From the NCBI GenBank assembly GCA_965645245.1, contig OZ287076.1, positions 1,240,001 to 1,304,000 on the forward strand: a stretch of 64,000 bases of DNA, given 5' to 3'. Positions 38,001-50,978 of this stretch are shown piece after piece. A program made the position numbers and the translations under genes. The stretch is from Massalongia carnosa (lineage: Eukaryota). Numbering within the stretch: position 1 is the first letter of the stretch; every line of letters begins with the position of its first letter. Below the pieces are notes generated by a model, which was not told the origin of the DNA, did not search any database, and saw only the letters and a program-made list of their open reading frames with translations.

Positions 38001-40262
38001 GGTTATGATCCAGACATTCTTACTGGATACGAAGTCCATGGCGGGTCATGGGGTTACTTGATAGAACGAGCCGGACATAAGTATGATTATAATCTCTGTG
38101 ATGAATTATCCCGTATCAAATCAGACTTTCGTAGTGCTGATCAGAAGAAAGATGCTTGGGGGTTCACCCAAACATCAACAATTCGTGTGACAGGCAGGCA
38201 CATGATCAACATCTGGCGGGCAATGAGAGGAGAGCTCAACTTATTACAATACACTATGGAGAATGTTGTGTTTCATCTATTGCATCGGCGTATACCTCAT
38301 TATTCATATAAGGACCTAACCTCTTGGTACAACAGTGGAAGGTCAAAGAATCTCGCAAAAGTCATGGGATACTATCTTTCAAGAGTCCAGCTTGACCTAG
38401 AAATCTTGGAACAGAACGAATTGATACCAAGAACAAGTGAACAGGCTCGTTTGCTTGGGGTCGATTTCTTTTCTGTCTTCTCAAGAGGCTCCCAGTTCAA
38501 GGTTGAATCGTTGATGTTCCGGATTGCAAAGCCAGAGAACTTCCTGCTCCCATCGCCAAGCCGAAAGCAAGTCGGGCAACAGAACGCTCTGGAGTGTCTA
38601 CCTCTAGTTATGGAACCCCAAAGTGCTTTTTACACTAGTCCTATGCTTGTGCTTGATTTCCAGTCATTATATCCGAGCGTGATGATTGCCTACAACTACT
38701 GTTATTCTACTTTCTTAGGTAGAGTCGTCAGTTGGCGGGGGCAAAACAAAATGGGATTCACAGATTACCAGAGAGAGCAGGGGCTTCTTGAGCTGTTTAA
38801 GGACCAAATCAATATTGCACCAAATGGCATCATATACGCGAAGCCAAGGATCCGGAAGTCCCTCCTTGCCAAAATGTTGGGCGAGATTCTCGAGACTCGA
38901 GTCATGGTCAAGAGCGGGATGAAGGCCGATAAAACGGACAAACCTTTACAGCGTCTACTCAACAACAGACAGCTAGCTTTGAAGCTTATTGCTAATGTTA
39001 CATATGGTTATACCTCGGCATCCTTCTCTGGACGGATGCCATGCTCAGAAATAGCTGATAGCATCGTGCAGACAAGCCGCGAAACTCTAGAAAAATCAAT
39101 TGCATTGATACACTCCATGGAAAAATGGGAGGCTGAGGTCGTGTATGGAGACACAGACAGTTTATTCGTTTACCTCAAAGGTAGAACCAAGGATGAAGCT
39201 TTCGATATTGGAAATGAAATTGCCAAAACAATTACGGACATGAACCCTCGACCGATAAAACTGAAATTCGAAAAGGTGTACTTACCATGCGTGTTGCTTG
39301 CAAAGAAACGGTACGTTGGTTTCAAGTACGAGAGCAAGACTCAAAAGGAGCCCGATTTCGATGCTAAAGGTATAGAAACAGTCCGTCGCGACGGTACGCC
39401 TGCTGAACAAAAGATTGAAGAGAAAGCATTAAAGATACTATTCCGCACAGCAGATCTAAGCGAAGTTAAGAGCTATTTTCAAAATCAATGCACTAAAATC
39501 ATGAGGGGTAAGGTTTCTATCCAGGATTTTTGTTTCGCAAGAGAAGTTAAACTCGGCACCTATAGCGAAAAAGGAGTCCCTCCTCCAGGAGTTCTTATCA
39601 GCACGCGAAGAATGCTGGAAGACCCTCGCGCGGAGCCACAGTATGGCGAGCGTGTGCCGTATGTCGTGATCTCCGGGGCTCCAGGTGCCAGGTTGATAGA
39701 TCGCTGCGTGGCCCCTGATGCGCTTTTGCACGACGATCAAAACGAACTGGATGCCGAGTACTACATAACTAAGAACCTGATACCTCCGCTAGAGCGTATC
39801 TTCAACCTCGTGGGAGCAAATGTCCGACAATGGTATGATGAGATGCCTAAATTTCAACGCATCCGCCGGATTGATGTAGGACCACTTGCTGGAGGCAATG
39901 ATTTGGTCATATTTAAGAAAACGCTAGAATCATACATGAAATCCTCCTCATGTCTTGTGTGCCGTGAAAAGCTGGAAGGAGAAGGGCCAATATGTACCAT
40001 CTGTATGCAAAGCGCGCCCGCCTCGCTCCTGGCCCTGCGCGTTAGGGAAAACAAAGCGGAAAAAAAGGCTATCAATCTTGAAAAAATCTGTCGGTCTTGT
40101 GCCAGCCTTGCCTGGGGCGAAGAGGTGAGATGCGATAGTAAGGATTGTAGCATATTTTACACGCGCACACGTTATATCACTGGTCTGCGCAACACACGGA
40201 TGGGTATGGAGCCCACAATGAGGATACTAGAGGGGATGGATAACGCTTCGCTAGAATGGTAA
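35023..40262 (+). CDS. REV3: DNA polymerase zeta catalytic subunit
   Basis: N-terminal VIRVFG..CAHIHGVFPY; family-B motifs LDFQSLYPS, QLALKLIANVTYGY and YGDTDSLF; C-terminal Cys clusters; one intron 35255-35304. Confidence 0.96.
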
Positions 40263-40664
40263 TCGTGTTTAGGGGGGGCATTTGGTTTGTTTGCATTTCA
40301 AGGCGTGATTTGGATATACCCATGATATAGTTGCAACGAAGCGTTGTCGGTTTTCACACCCTTGCGCAAGGAGGGACAAAAGGGCTAGATCAGACGTTTC
40401 TTAGATTATATAGAAACGTATTCTTTTAAGGCACATTTAATTTCCGACTATGTAGCCATTAATAGGGTTCATGTGGGATGGTGGGAGCTTTGGCTTTAGA
40501 AGTAGGTACGTAGGTAGGTCGATGTCATCCCGCAGGATCGAGGAGCCGAAGAATGTGAAGCTGTAAAGTCGCCTCCATGTGGCCCTGGCCCATCCTCGTA
40601 AAGATATGACCGCCAACCACAAGCAGAATGGATATGGATCCTGCATATACTTGACCATACCGTG

Positions 40665-43388
40665 ATGGGCTCTTTTTATACGTTTATTTTTATCTACATA
40701 CTCGGCGGTCTCACTCTTCTTCCAATACTCCTCTGCCTTATCTTATTGCACGCCCATCTTACATTCCCTAGGCATCTAGACTTCTCCCCGTCTCCTGCCG
40801 ACGAACTTCGGGACTCCAGCGATGATGGGAATACCCTCAAGTCCGCAACAGCCATTGCCAGCCTTGCGGAGAAATTCCAGCGAGGCCACGAACCCGATGT
40901 CGCGGCTGGCTACTTTGCAGTGTGCCGAGAATACATTCCTGGCGGTATCAATGGGAAGCCACCTGAGAGGACGACCCCGGCGGGTGAGGTAGTTGCGATG
41001 GAAAGCCCAAGTGTCTACCAGAGCATGTATAGGAGCATATTCGATCGAAAGCAGCAGCCCATCCTGGATCTTGGCAGAGGGAGTGGAAAGGCGGTGAAAA
41101 GAGCCCGCAATATTTTCTTTGTCGTCTTGAGGCATGGCCATCTGATGCTATATGACGACTCCGAGCAAGTGGAGGTGAGACACGTTATTTCGCTCGCCCA
41201 TCATGATGTCAGCATCTATGGCGGCGAGGAGGAATTACCGGAAGGGGAGCTGTGGATCAAGAGAAATGCAATATGCCTATCACAGAAAGGCACCGTGGAT
41301 ACTGCTTCCAAGCCTTTCTACCTTTTCTCCGAGAACTGTTCGGACAAGGAGGATTTCTATTTTGCGCTGCTACATAACCAGGAAGTCAAGCCCAACGCCA
41401 GCGATAATCCGCCTAGACCTCAACAGTACGATGTCAAGCATATTATAACACTCGTACAGAAGTTGCATTCCTCAGAGGAACAGCTGCAGACACGGTGGAT
41501 TAACGGACTTGTAGGTAGAGCTTTCCTGGCTTTGTACAACACCCAAGAGGTTGAAGATCTCGTTCGGAAGAAGATTACGAAGAAAATCTCGCGAGTCAAG
41601 AAGCCGGCTTTTCTCTCGGGCATCGTACTTCAGAGAATAGATATGGGCGAAAGTGCGCCATACATCACAAATCCTCGGCTGAAAGACCTTACTGTTAATG
41701 GTGACTGTTGTGTGGAAGCAGATATCAAATACAGCGGAAATTTCAGATTAGAAGTTGCGGCTACTGCAAGAATCGACCTTGGAACTCGATTTAAGGCTCG
41801 AGAAGTCAATCTCGTACTCGCAGTAGTGATCAGAAAACTGGAAGGTCATGGTCTTATACGATTCAAGCCACCTCCAAGCAACCGTGTCTGGCTAACATTT
41901 GAGACGATGCCGGATATTGAAATGAGCATTGAACCAATTGTAAGCTCGCGGCAGATAACTTACAGCATCATTTTGCGAGCAATTGAAAGTCGAATTCGTG
42001 AAGTGATAGCGGAGACCGTAGTTCTTCCCCATTGGGATGATAGTCCCTTCACGAATACTCAAAACCAAAAATTCCGAGGAGGTATATGGGCCCGATCCCG
42101 GAGCGTGTCACATTCTTCTTCCCAAATGAAGGTACCAGACGACACATCAGAAGATGATGGAGATGCTGACATAGATACAACCAATGCTCCGCCTTTCTCT
42201 CCAAGATCTAAAGATGACCGGACAATGAGTATGCCAATGTCATTGGACCCCAATACTTCCGAGCCAATGTCACAAAAAGTATCGACTTCAACTTCTGAAG
42301 GGACGAATCAAGGAGCCACCACCAGCATAGATAGACGGGCTGAGCCGCCTAAAGCCATGAGATCGCGATCGTTTGCAACAGCCGCCAATCCACTAGTCAG
42401 TTTGGATAACGTGAAAGTAGATTCCACGAAATATGACACAAAAGCCAACCAGCGCCAAGATGCTACAAGCGCGATGATAGCTATCTCCAACCGCTCTCAG
42501 ACTACATCTCCAAGCGAAACACCGGTTGGATCGCCTCAGGAGCCTTCGACATTATGGGAGAACCGTAGAGGCGGGAGCTCTTCTTCGAGTTCTTCAAGAT
42601 ACAGCAACCTACAGGACCAAAAAGTTGCCCCAACCTTGTTGGGCAGTCCCAGCCGGGCTTCTTCAGCAGTAGCACAGGCGAGCTCGAGTTACCGAAATAT
42701 CAAATCCTTGCATGGCGACGAAATAAACCACTTGAAGCCGCCCGAAAAGAGACAATCGATGCTGGCCCTGGGCACTGCAACGGCAGCAGCGAAAAAATGG
42801 ACTTGGAGTGTTCTGAGTCGCACTAACGAACAGAAAACTTCATCAGACCGGAATGCAGAGAGAGATCGAGCTGGTACGCCTGATCAGCCATTGGGGCGCG
42901 GCCGTCCTCTCCCTCCTCCAGGCCAGCCATTGCCATTTCCTGAGCGACCTAGCTCGAAAGTGTCATATAACGGTGCTTCTAAGAGAAAAGCCGTGCCATC
43001 TCTAGTGCTGCCGCAACTTCAACAAGATGAGGCAAAGCCACGCTCAGCACCTTCACCTGGTCTCCCTCCTCGACGAAGGCATCAGTCCATCGCCAGTAGT
43101 CATGTCGGTGAGGAAGGCCTTATGGTGGTTAAAGCGCCACCAGATGAACCTTCCAGTCCAGTTGATGGCACCGGTGAGGAATCTGCTGATGATCTCGAGA
43201 ATATCCTCAACGAACAGAAGTCATCACCGTTAACGAATGGAAGACTAAGGGCAAACAAAGACTCGGCTTCGCGGTATTTATCGAGTTCTTACGAAGAGGA
43301 TGACAGCCCAATCTCCAGTTGGCAGGCTGCACAGGAGAAAGACTCGAGATCAAAGAGCATCTGGATGGAGAACAACGAGCATTTATAG
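40665..43388 (+). CDS. NVJ2: TM-PH-SMP lipid-transfer protein, Nvj2/TEX2-like
   Basis: N-terminal TM (YILGGLTLLP), PH-like FFVVLRHGHLMLYD..KEDFYFAL and SMP-like TRWINGLVGRAF..KPPPSNRVW..PIVSSRQI segments, followed by a disordered tail. Confidence 0.85.
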   Translation: MGSFYTFIFIYILGGLTLLPILLCLILLHAHLTFPRHLDFSPSPADELRDSSDDGNTLKSATAIASLAEKFQRGHEPDVAAGYFAVCREYIPGGINGKPPERTTPAGEVVAMESPSVYQSMYRSIFDRKQQPILDLGRGSGKAVKRARNIFFVVLRHGHLMLYDDSEQVEVRHVISLAHHDVSIYGGEEELPEGELWIKRNAICLSQKGTVDTASKPFYLFSENCSDKEDFYFALLHNQEVKPNASDNPPRPQQYDVKHIITLVQKLHSSEEQLQTRWINGLVGRAFLALYNTQEVEDLVRKKITKKISRVKKPAFLSGIVLQRIDMGESAPYITNPRLKDLTVNGDCCVEADIKYSGNFRLEVAATARIDLGTRFKAREVNLVLAVVIRKLEGHGLIRFKPPPSNRVWLTFETMPDIEMSIEPIVSSRQITYSIILRAIESRIREVIAETVVLPHWDDSPFTNTQNQKFRGGIWARSRSVSHSSSQMKVPDDTSEDDGDADIDTTNAPPFSPRSKDDRTMSMPMSLDPNTSEPMSQKVSTSTSEGTNQGATTSIDRRAEPPKAMRSRSFATAANPLVSLDNVKVDSTKYDTKANQRQDATSAMIAISNRSQTTSPSETPVGSPQEPSTLWENRRGGSSSSSSSRYSNLQDQKVAPTLLGSPSRASSAVAQASSSYRNIKSLHGDEINHLKPPEKRQSMLALGTATAAAKKWTWSVLSRTNEQKTSSDRNAERDRAGTPDQPLGRGRPLPPPGQPLPFPERPSSKVSYNGASKRKAVPSLVLPQLQQDEAKPRSAPSPGLPPRRRHQSIASSHVGEEGLMVVKAPPDEPSSPVDGTGEESADDLENILNEQKSSPLTNGRLRANKDSASRYLSSSYEEDDSPISSWQAAQEKDSRSKSIWMENNEHL

Positions 43389-43955
43389 TTTTAGCCTTCA
43401 GCGGGTTTCCTCAGGCGTTAAGGCAACGAGCATCTCGGATCCAAAGCATTGCCTAGGTAGATAGTTCTTATCGAAATCATCGATAACCATAACATATGCG
43501 TACAATGTAGCTTCCTATCGAGAAGGATTTGAGTGATTCCTTACGTTATGATTGCCTTACAGATGGAACTACGCTTGCTGAGGTTTCGGCGACGTAGCAG
43601 GAAAGATGAATAGTTTACCTCGCTCACCTTGAGGTTCACTCTCCTTCTCATAAGCCCACAATCCTCTATATCTCCTTCAGAACTAAAGAGGTTAGGTAAA
43701 GAGATCAGTCGTAGCACGTGATTCCCTTAGGTCTCAAAACGTTACTGTAGCCCACAGCTGGCCCGTCCACCATGCCAAGACATGAGGCTGACAATGCTAT
43801 GCCTACCTCATAACAGCAATGGCCCTACTCCGAATCTAATATAGACCTATCTCTCCTATTCCTCTTCTCTTGGCTTGGACTAAGTTACCTTCCGTTCCGC
43901 CTATAATTTCTGGTGCTCACCTGCGATTTGAATCTGCCTTTGGATTATCTCAGCC

Positions 43956-46900
43956 ATGTCCCACAACTATGGGGGAACCTCAAGCCGTAATGTAGACTTA
44001 GGCAGGTGAGCTTTGGTTTCACGAAAACACCGCTTCCTACAGTCAAAAGCCAGTTGAAGCTTATACATATCACTCCAGATCGGAAACGGAACTGGCAATC
44101 AATATCCGCAAAGCTACAAGCATTGGTCAGCTGTTCCTCACTCATGGTCAAATTTTTGGAACGTCGCGGACTCACTGAGAACTCCAGAGGAATCTGCGCC
44201 CAAACGTAAAGATCGTACCAAGTTGAACTCCAAGGTCAGCGAACTTATTGTTAATAGGCAAGCATGTACGTGCATGTATTGTGTATACTTGGGATCATAA
44301 AGCCTCGAAATCATTCTGGGAAGGCATGAAAGTGTGGGTCTCCAACGTTACGGCTTTACTGAGGCTACATGAAGGTCTTTCAATGTCGATTTGCGCTGAC
44401 AATTTTCCGCTGGTTAAGGCAACCTATCCTTGCTGATGAGGTTCAAACATTCAAGGCCCTGATCACTGTGCACAAGGTTTTACAAGAAGGGCATCCAATT
44501 GCGGTGAAAGAGGCGCAGGAGCATACTAACTGGATTGAAAGTTTGGTTAGAGTATCTGGAGATGGGCTCCGAGGTATGGACCGTCTGGTGCTTCCTTAAA
44601 GCCACATGTCTCCTGCCACTAAACTATTGATTGGCCTGGGGTTTCTGGAGAAGCTAATGGTTGGGGTAGGGTATGGTCCTCTTCTACGAGAATATGTCTA
44701 TTTCCTTCTGGCGAAGTTGGCTTTTCACAAACAACATCCGGAATTTAATGGTGTGTTTAAACTATGACGAACTTTTGCTAGTGCTTTGCTAAACCCATGA
44801 CAGGTCTTTTCGAATATGAAGAGTATATTAGCTTAAAGTTGATTAATGACCCTAATGAAGGGTAGGTCACCTCTATAGCTGCTCTAGAAAATTAAGCTGA
44901 ACGGGCGCTCAGATACGAGACTATTTCTGATCTAATGACTCTTCAAGACCAGATAGATTCCTTTCAAAAGCTTATCTTCTCCAACTTTCAAAGCGGTGCA
45001 AACAATGAGACTAGAATATCGGCCTTAGTTCCTTTAGTTCAGGAAAGCTACGGTATTTATAAGTTTGTCACAAGCATGCTTCGGGCAATGCATACTAGTT
45101 TGTAGCCTGTATTCATCTATCACAGGTTTTTGCTCACGACCATGTAGCCACAGGAGATGATGATGCCCTAGAGCCATTACGAGGGCGATATGATACTCAG
45201 CACTACCGGCTTTTGAAGTTCTACTACGAATGCTCAAATCTTCGATATTTGACAAGCCTAATCACGGTACCGAAACTACCGCAAGAACCTCCTAGCTTGC
45301 TTTCTGAGGAAGAAGACCGTCCTGCCTTGCCCCGAAGGCCTGCTAGAGAAATTGAAATTAGAGATGAGCCGACACCAACGCCGCCTCCTATTGCTACAAC
45401 ACTTGATCCGGAGCCTATCAACGAATTTTGGAAGGGTCAGCAGCAGCGCCAACAAGAAGAATACGATGCTGAGCAGCGAAGATTACAAGAACAGTGGAAT
45501 AATCAACAGTACCAGCAGCAGCTAGCACAGCAACAGGCCGAACGAGACTTCGAAGAGCAACGGCGATTACAGGCTGAGCAACAGCGACTTGCACAGGAGC
45601 AGCTTCTGCGAGATCAGTATCAAGCCCAAACGCAAGGCCGTATGGCAGAGCTTGAACGAGAGAATCTTAACGCACGAGCACAGTATGAGCAAGATCAGCT
45701 AATGTTAGAGCAATACGATCGGAGGATGAAGGATTTAGAAAACCAGCTGAACCAGCTAAACAGTAACTTCAGCCAGCAGACTACTTCAAAGGACGACCAA
45801 ATACGAGCTCTGCAAGAACAAGTCAATACCTGGCGGACCAAGTATGAAGCTCTCGCAAAGCTATACTCTCAGTTACGGCACGAGCACTTAGAGCTGTTAC
45901 AAAGGTTTAAAGGTGTACAGTTGAAGGCAGCTTCCGCTCAAGAGTCCATTGACAAACGAGAAAAGCTAGAGCGAGAAATCAAGACTAAAAATCTAGAGCT
46001 AGCAGACATGATTCGCGAAAGAGACAGAGCTCTCCATGAGAAAGATCGACTCACAGGTGGCAACAGAGAAGAGGTTGAGAAATTGAAGCGCGAACTCCGG
46101 TTTGCACTTGAAAAGGCCGAAAATGTAGAGCGGGCAAAGGGCTCAGAGCTTTCATCGATGCTTTCAAAGTATAACAGGGAAATGGCGGATTTAGAAGAAG
46201 CTCTTAGAGTAAGTCCTCTAACCGCACCTATTAAGCCATGCTAACAGCAAGTTAGAGTAAAACCCGAGCATTGGATGACATCCACTCGAAATACGCCGAG
46301 CGAGATGGCGATCTTGAGCGGAGCTTGCGCGAAAAAGAAGAAGAACTCGAAATCTATAAGTCTGGTATGGATCAGACACTCTTAGAGCTCAACGAGCTCA
46401 GAATGGTTAGTCACAAGTTCGATGGTGTTGAACTTAGCTCATGTATGGTAGAATGACGGGGACACCGATAAAGCCCTTGACGACCAGATTGACCAAGTGC
46501 TTCTCAGCAACATTCAAAAAATCCACGATATCATCGATTCTGTGCTCCTGGCAGGTGTACAACGCGTAGATGACGCCCTCTACGAACTTGATTCTTCGAT
46601 GCAAGCAGGAAATCAAAATGCTTCTGCGCCTTATGTTCTGTCCCAAATTGAGAAAGCCCAATCCAGCGCGACAGCCTTTTCTACAGCTTTCAATGATTTC
46701 ATCGCGGATGGACCCAATAGTCCTCATGCAGACATCATACGTACCATCAACGTGTACGCTGGCTCTATTGCAGACGTGTTAAGCAACGCGAAAGGACTAA
46801 CTCGCTTTGCCACGGAGGAAAAGAAGGCGGACCAGCTCATCAATAGCGCCCGGCAGTCTGCCCAATGTACTGTGAAGTTCTTCCGTGCTCTTCAATCATT

Positions 46901-47820
46901 CCGCCTTGAACCTCTTGAAGATACTCAGAAGACAGATGTCGTAATCAACAATGTACATGAGGTCCTGAAAAATCTCAACGACTTATCAAAGCTGGCCGAT
47001 GCATTCGTTCCCAAGTCCGGAAAGATTACAAATAAGTCTGGCGATATTGGCGACCTTGTTGATCGCGAACTTACGAACGCCGCTAAAGCCATTGACGCAG
47101 CTGCAGCGCGACTGAATAAATTAATGAACAAGCCAAGGGATGGGTATGATACGTACGAGTTACGGATACACGACAGTATCTTAGAGGCAGCAATTGCAGT
47201 TACCAATGCCATCGCTCAGCTCATCAAGGCTGCCACGATCTCACAGCAAGAGATTGTCAAGGAGGGTAGGGGTTCGTCGTCTCGAACGGCTTTCTACAAG
47301 AAGAATAATCGCTGGACGGAAGGATTGATCAGCGCTGCCAAAGCCGTTGCATCTTCTACCAACACGTTGATAGAGACTGCGGATGGGGTCATCAGCGGGA
47401 GCAGAAGTCCCGAGCAGCTCATCGTCGCAAGCAATAACGTAGCGGCTTCCACCGCACAACTGGTGGCGGCCAGCAGAGTTAAGGCAAACTTTGGTAGCCC
47501 AACGCAAGATCGACTCGAGGAAGCTAGCAAAAGTGTTCGGAAAGCTTGCAAGAGTCTGGTTCGACAGGTACAGGATATCATCGCACGACGAAACCAAGAC
47601 GACGATGAAGAGATTGATTACACGAAGCTGAGTAACACGGAGTTCAAGTCTCGGGAGATGGAGCAGCAGGTTTGTCTTGGGTTCTTTCTCATGGTTCGGG
47701 GACTGCACTATACTAACCACTGTTACCGTCCAGGTGGAGATCCTACAGCTAGAGAATAGCCTCACGCAGGCAAGGCAGCGACTTGGAGAGATGCGCAAGA
47801 TCTCCTACCAGGAAGATTAG
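43956..47820 (+). CDS. SLA2: Endocytic adaptor Sla2/End4 (ANTH, coiled coil, I/LWEQ)
   Basis: ELAINIRKATS, KHVRACIVYTWDH, FKALITVHKVLQEGHP, FYKKNNRWTEGLISAAKAVA and ASTAQLVAASRVKA motifs; many short introns; the canonical MAT-flanking gene. Confidence 0.95.
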
Positions 47821-48777
47821 ATACAGGATACCTCTGGATTGGAGGGGCTTTATGTACAGTAGATGTTCAGCATCCGCCCGACTACGGGGCTCCTCCATAT
47901 GCACACAAATGACGGCGTCCAGCGAAGAGTGGTTGCCAATTACAACGCTTGGCCACGAATGGACAGCTCTGAGTTGGGAGCCGTGTAGCATGAGCAGTAG
48001 GCAGATGGGTTGGGGAGGCGCGGTCCGGTAACATGGAGCAACATAGTTTCTCCCTGGAACACTTTTTGGCGCTGCGCTTGAGGAGCTGCAGCGACGGAAG
48101 GATCGAAGTGGTTCTCTGCCAGCGACGTGGCGTTTGCTCGTGCTGGTTTGGTTTCGGGCTTGTGTTTAGCTTTCTGCTTCAGCGGAAGCGATTCAAAACA
48201 AACCACCTTAAAGTGATATCGTTAACACGATTCTGCAACGTCCGAGAGGTTACGCAACGCCAGTTTATTTATCCCCTGTAGAGCTGCCAGCCTGCTTCCC
48301 GGCACCAGATGCAGCAGCGGAGGTTTGTGTTCCTTTCGTGACAGCTTCCCCTTCTGACAAGAAAGGTCTTGCTATCACAAGACCCTGGCCTGCGCATGCG
48401 TTCCGTGACCATTCCAGCCCATTCCAAAAGCCCGTAATAGTGCGGCAAGCCAGCAGGGCTACCAGCCCAGTCCAGGTCATGAAGGTTCAAAACTCAATGT
48501 GGACAGCTAGACGACCAAAAAGTGTTGCGAGGGGCATGATAGACAGAAGTGTGTACCACCCCTCCCCAAAAGTGGAGGGGAACATGGGGAACACGAGGAA
48601 AATGGGAAACATGGGGAAACTAGGAAAAAGTATTGAAGAAACAAAATGCTATGACGGGCTTTCTTTGTTTGTATTCACTTGTGAGACTCACCCCACCTCA
48701 CTAATTACCAGCAACCGAAACCATTACCGACTAGTGAATCAACGGTGAAATGTGACTTCCGGAGGACAAAGGACAGT

Positions 48778-48831
48778 CACACACACACACAGAGACACAC
48801 ACACAGAGAGACACACACACACATACACACA
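48778..48831. repeat. Compound (CA)n/(GA)n microsatellite
   Basis: CACACACACACACAGAGACACACACACAGAGAGACACACACACACATACACACA read directly. Confidence 0.9.
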
Positions 48832-49560
48832 AAATTAAGGGGGGGGGTTGTTTTGGGTGATCTAGGCCGGGTAGTTATTCTGAACTCGATACACAGTACG
48901 AAGTACTTAGTTAAGCGCTCGCGAGCAGGCTTTTTGGTTAGATTAGTACCACAAACCTACCCAAAGTTAAGCGCAACAACAACGACAACAACCAGCTTCC
49001 CCAACCTCATCGTGATGGCTCCGATCCAAGTGCCCCCGAACCTGCCTGTCGTGGAATCATGTCCGTTTCGTACGTAGATGGCCACAAAACTAGCTGATGA
49101 CAAGGACAATAAACCCCCGGGGGGGAAGGGGAGTTTCGGGCAGGGCGTTCTCGAATTGGGGATCTGGCCGTTTTTCTTCTCTGATGCTACTGGACGAGTG
49201 GAGCTTCCGCATCGTGAGTAAGATTCATGGAACCCTTTCTCTCCCTCCCCCCGCCTGTATGCCCCTCCAGTCATTATCCGTTGGTCGGTATCGTCTGGGA
49301 CTTTGTGAAAATGATAGACTTCGCTTTTGCCTGCCTGCCTGTCTGTATGGAAGAAGAAAAAGGGAGCTGATCCGCGAGGGGGTAAATCTGTCAGTCTGCG
49401 TCAGTTGCGTCGGCCGGGTTTGCATGGCTGCTGAGAAGGGATCTGGAATTCGGTTGTGTTCTTGGCCGAGTCCTTGCTTCCTGTCGCCCTACCTATCCAT
49501 ATCCCTAGACTTCCGCGGCTATGGTGGTCGAGGACCAGAAACAGGACGAGGAATGAGAGT

Positions 49561-49666
49561 TAGGGGTGGAACACGGGTAGGTAAGGCGGGGGAGGCTTGT
49601 GGTGATCTTATCCGTCATCAGGGAAGTATTTCATTAACCTAATCATGCAGCCCTAAGATAAATACA
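49561..49666 (+). repeat. MAT direct repeat, copy 1 (SLA2 side of the MAT1-2 block)
   Basis: TAGGGGTGGAACACGGGTAGGTAAGGC..GGTGATCTTATCCGTCATCAGGGAAGTATTTCATT..CTAATCATGCAGCCC..AAGATAAATACA; aligns with 52302-52407 with 3 substitutions and 3 small indels (manual alignment). Confidence 0.95.
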
Positions 49667-49870
49667 TGATGCAATGTTCTGACTCCACATCTTCCTACTT
49701 CATGGAAGAAGCTCTTTCCTCAGCTCTTTCCTCAGCGTGTATGGCTGTCTGCATTCCTTAAACCTTAGAGATTTACGGACCTATCATGCATCTTTGAGTT
49801 TTCATGATTCATACCGGCAGCTATAAGCCAGGTTTATTTTAGTCGGATACATGGTGATTAGTGCAATCAG

Positions 49871-50606
49871 TCAGGTTTTGTTGCGCCTCCAGGTTTTGAA
49901 CAAGCTCTTACGGCTCAAGGATCGAATGTTTTGTATCAACATTGATTGCTCCAAAGCCTGAGTAGGGCCTAAAAGCGTTTCTTTGGCCGCAACTTGGTTT
50001 TTCAGATTAGTAATATAAAAGTACGAACAATTTATGGAGACTTACACCAAGCGTTCAATGAATCTGTGTCAGCTTGTATGTGTCTAGCAAGAAATTCACT
50101 CTCTGCTGGGTTTGGCACTCCATGTTTGGTGTAGAACTCCTCAAGGATAATCTGGGTCCCTGGCGGAATTTCACGGGGAAAGATGCCGGCAAGTTGACCC
50201 GAAACCTTCAGTGAGCTAGACGCTGATGTTAGCCACAGGTGTTGGTTACAAATATCTATTAGATGCCGTACTCTTCTGCCTTAATGAGTAGAAGTCTTCC
50301 TATCCTATCAAAACTATCATCCTCGGTACTGAGGATCGTGTTGAGCAGTCGCTGCTGTCCCTTGAACATCCTGTTAAATGCTGCAAGCATCTTCACATTT
50401 ACACGAACCCTCGACGGAAGAACTGCTTCTCGAGCCATAGATATCGGAACAGAAGAAGGACTCTCGGATGCTGAGTTCTCTTTGCTTGGTGCATGCTTGC
50501 TTAAGATTTTGTCAAGCTCTGAGATTTTTTCTCGGAGACGTCTTCTAGACTTCGCATTATTTCGCTTATGGAAGATTCTTCCAAGCCGAGTTTGTGTGGA
50601 AAACAT
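49871..50606 (-). CDS. Putative auxiliary MAT1-2 idiomorph gene, divergent from MAT1-2-1
   Basis: 115-codon first ORF (MFSTQTRLGRIFHKRNNAKSRRRLREK) followed by GT..CTAAC..AG and GTAAGT..CTAAT..AAG introns; lies inside the repeat-bounded block. The 3' exon structure is ambiguous (stop at about 49871 or 49908). Confidence 0.55.
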
Positions 50607-50978
50607 TGGGTATAAAAGATCAAGTCTGAGGTAATCTGAGAATGAACTTGTGGATACCGCTCGTGAAAATGATATAAATGGAGGATTGAGCGTCTTCTCT
50701 CTGGAATAAGAGCCCTAGGTTTGTGTTGAAAGGTGTGTTTTGAAAGTGAATAAAGAAATCACTAGCCTGTTTCTTTTTAGGACATATTGTGATCACTACA
50801 AATTCCCGCTTCAACCCCATTCTGACCGTCACCTTTCATCATCCATACAATATCTTCAATCTTTGCTTCTCCACATTCAGTCAACATCTTCAGGATACCG
50901 GCTATCTTAGGACCTCAGCTTATTCCTTTACATATTCACCTAGCACTGAGCTCTAAAAATCCTGCCTTGTTTATAATA

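Noticed and set aside
47821..49560. Several 70-180 aa ORFs between SLA2 and repeat copy 1
   Set aside because: No recognisable motifs, mostly non-ATG starts, and they overlap microsatellite and low-complexity DNA; treated as non-coding flank.
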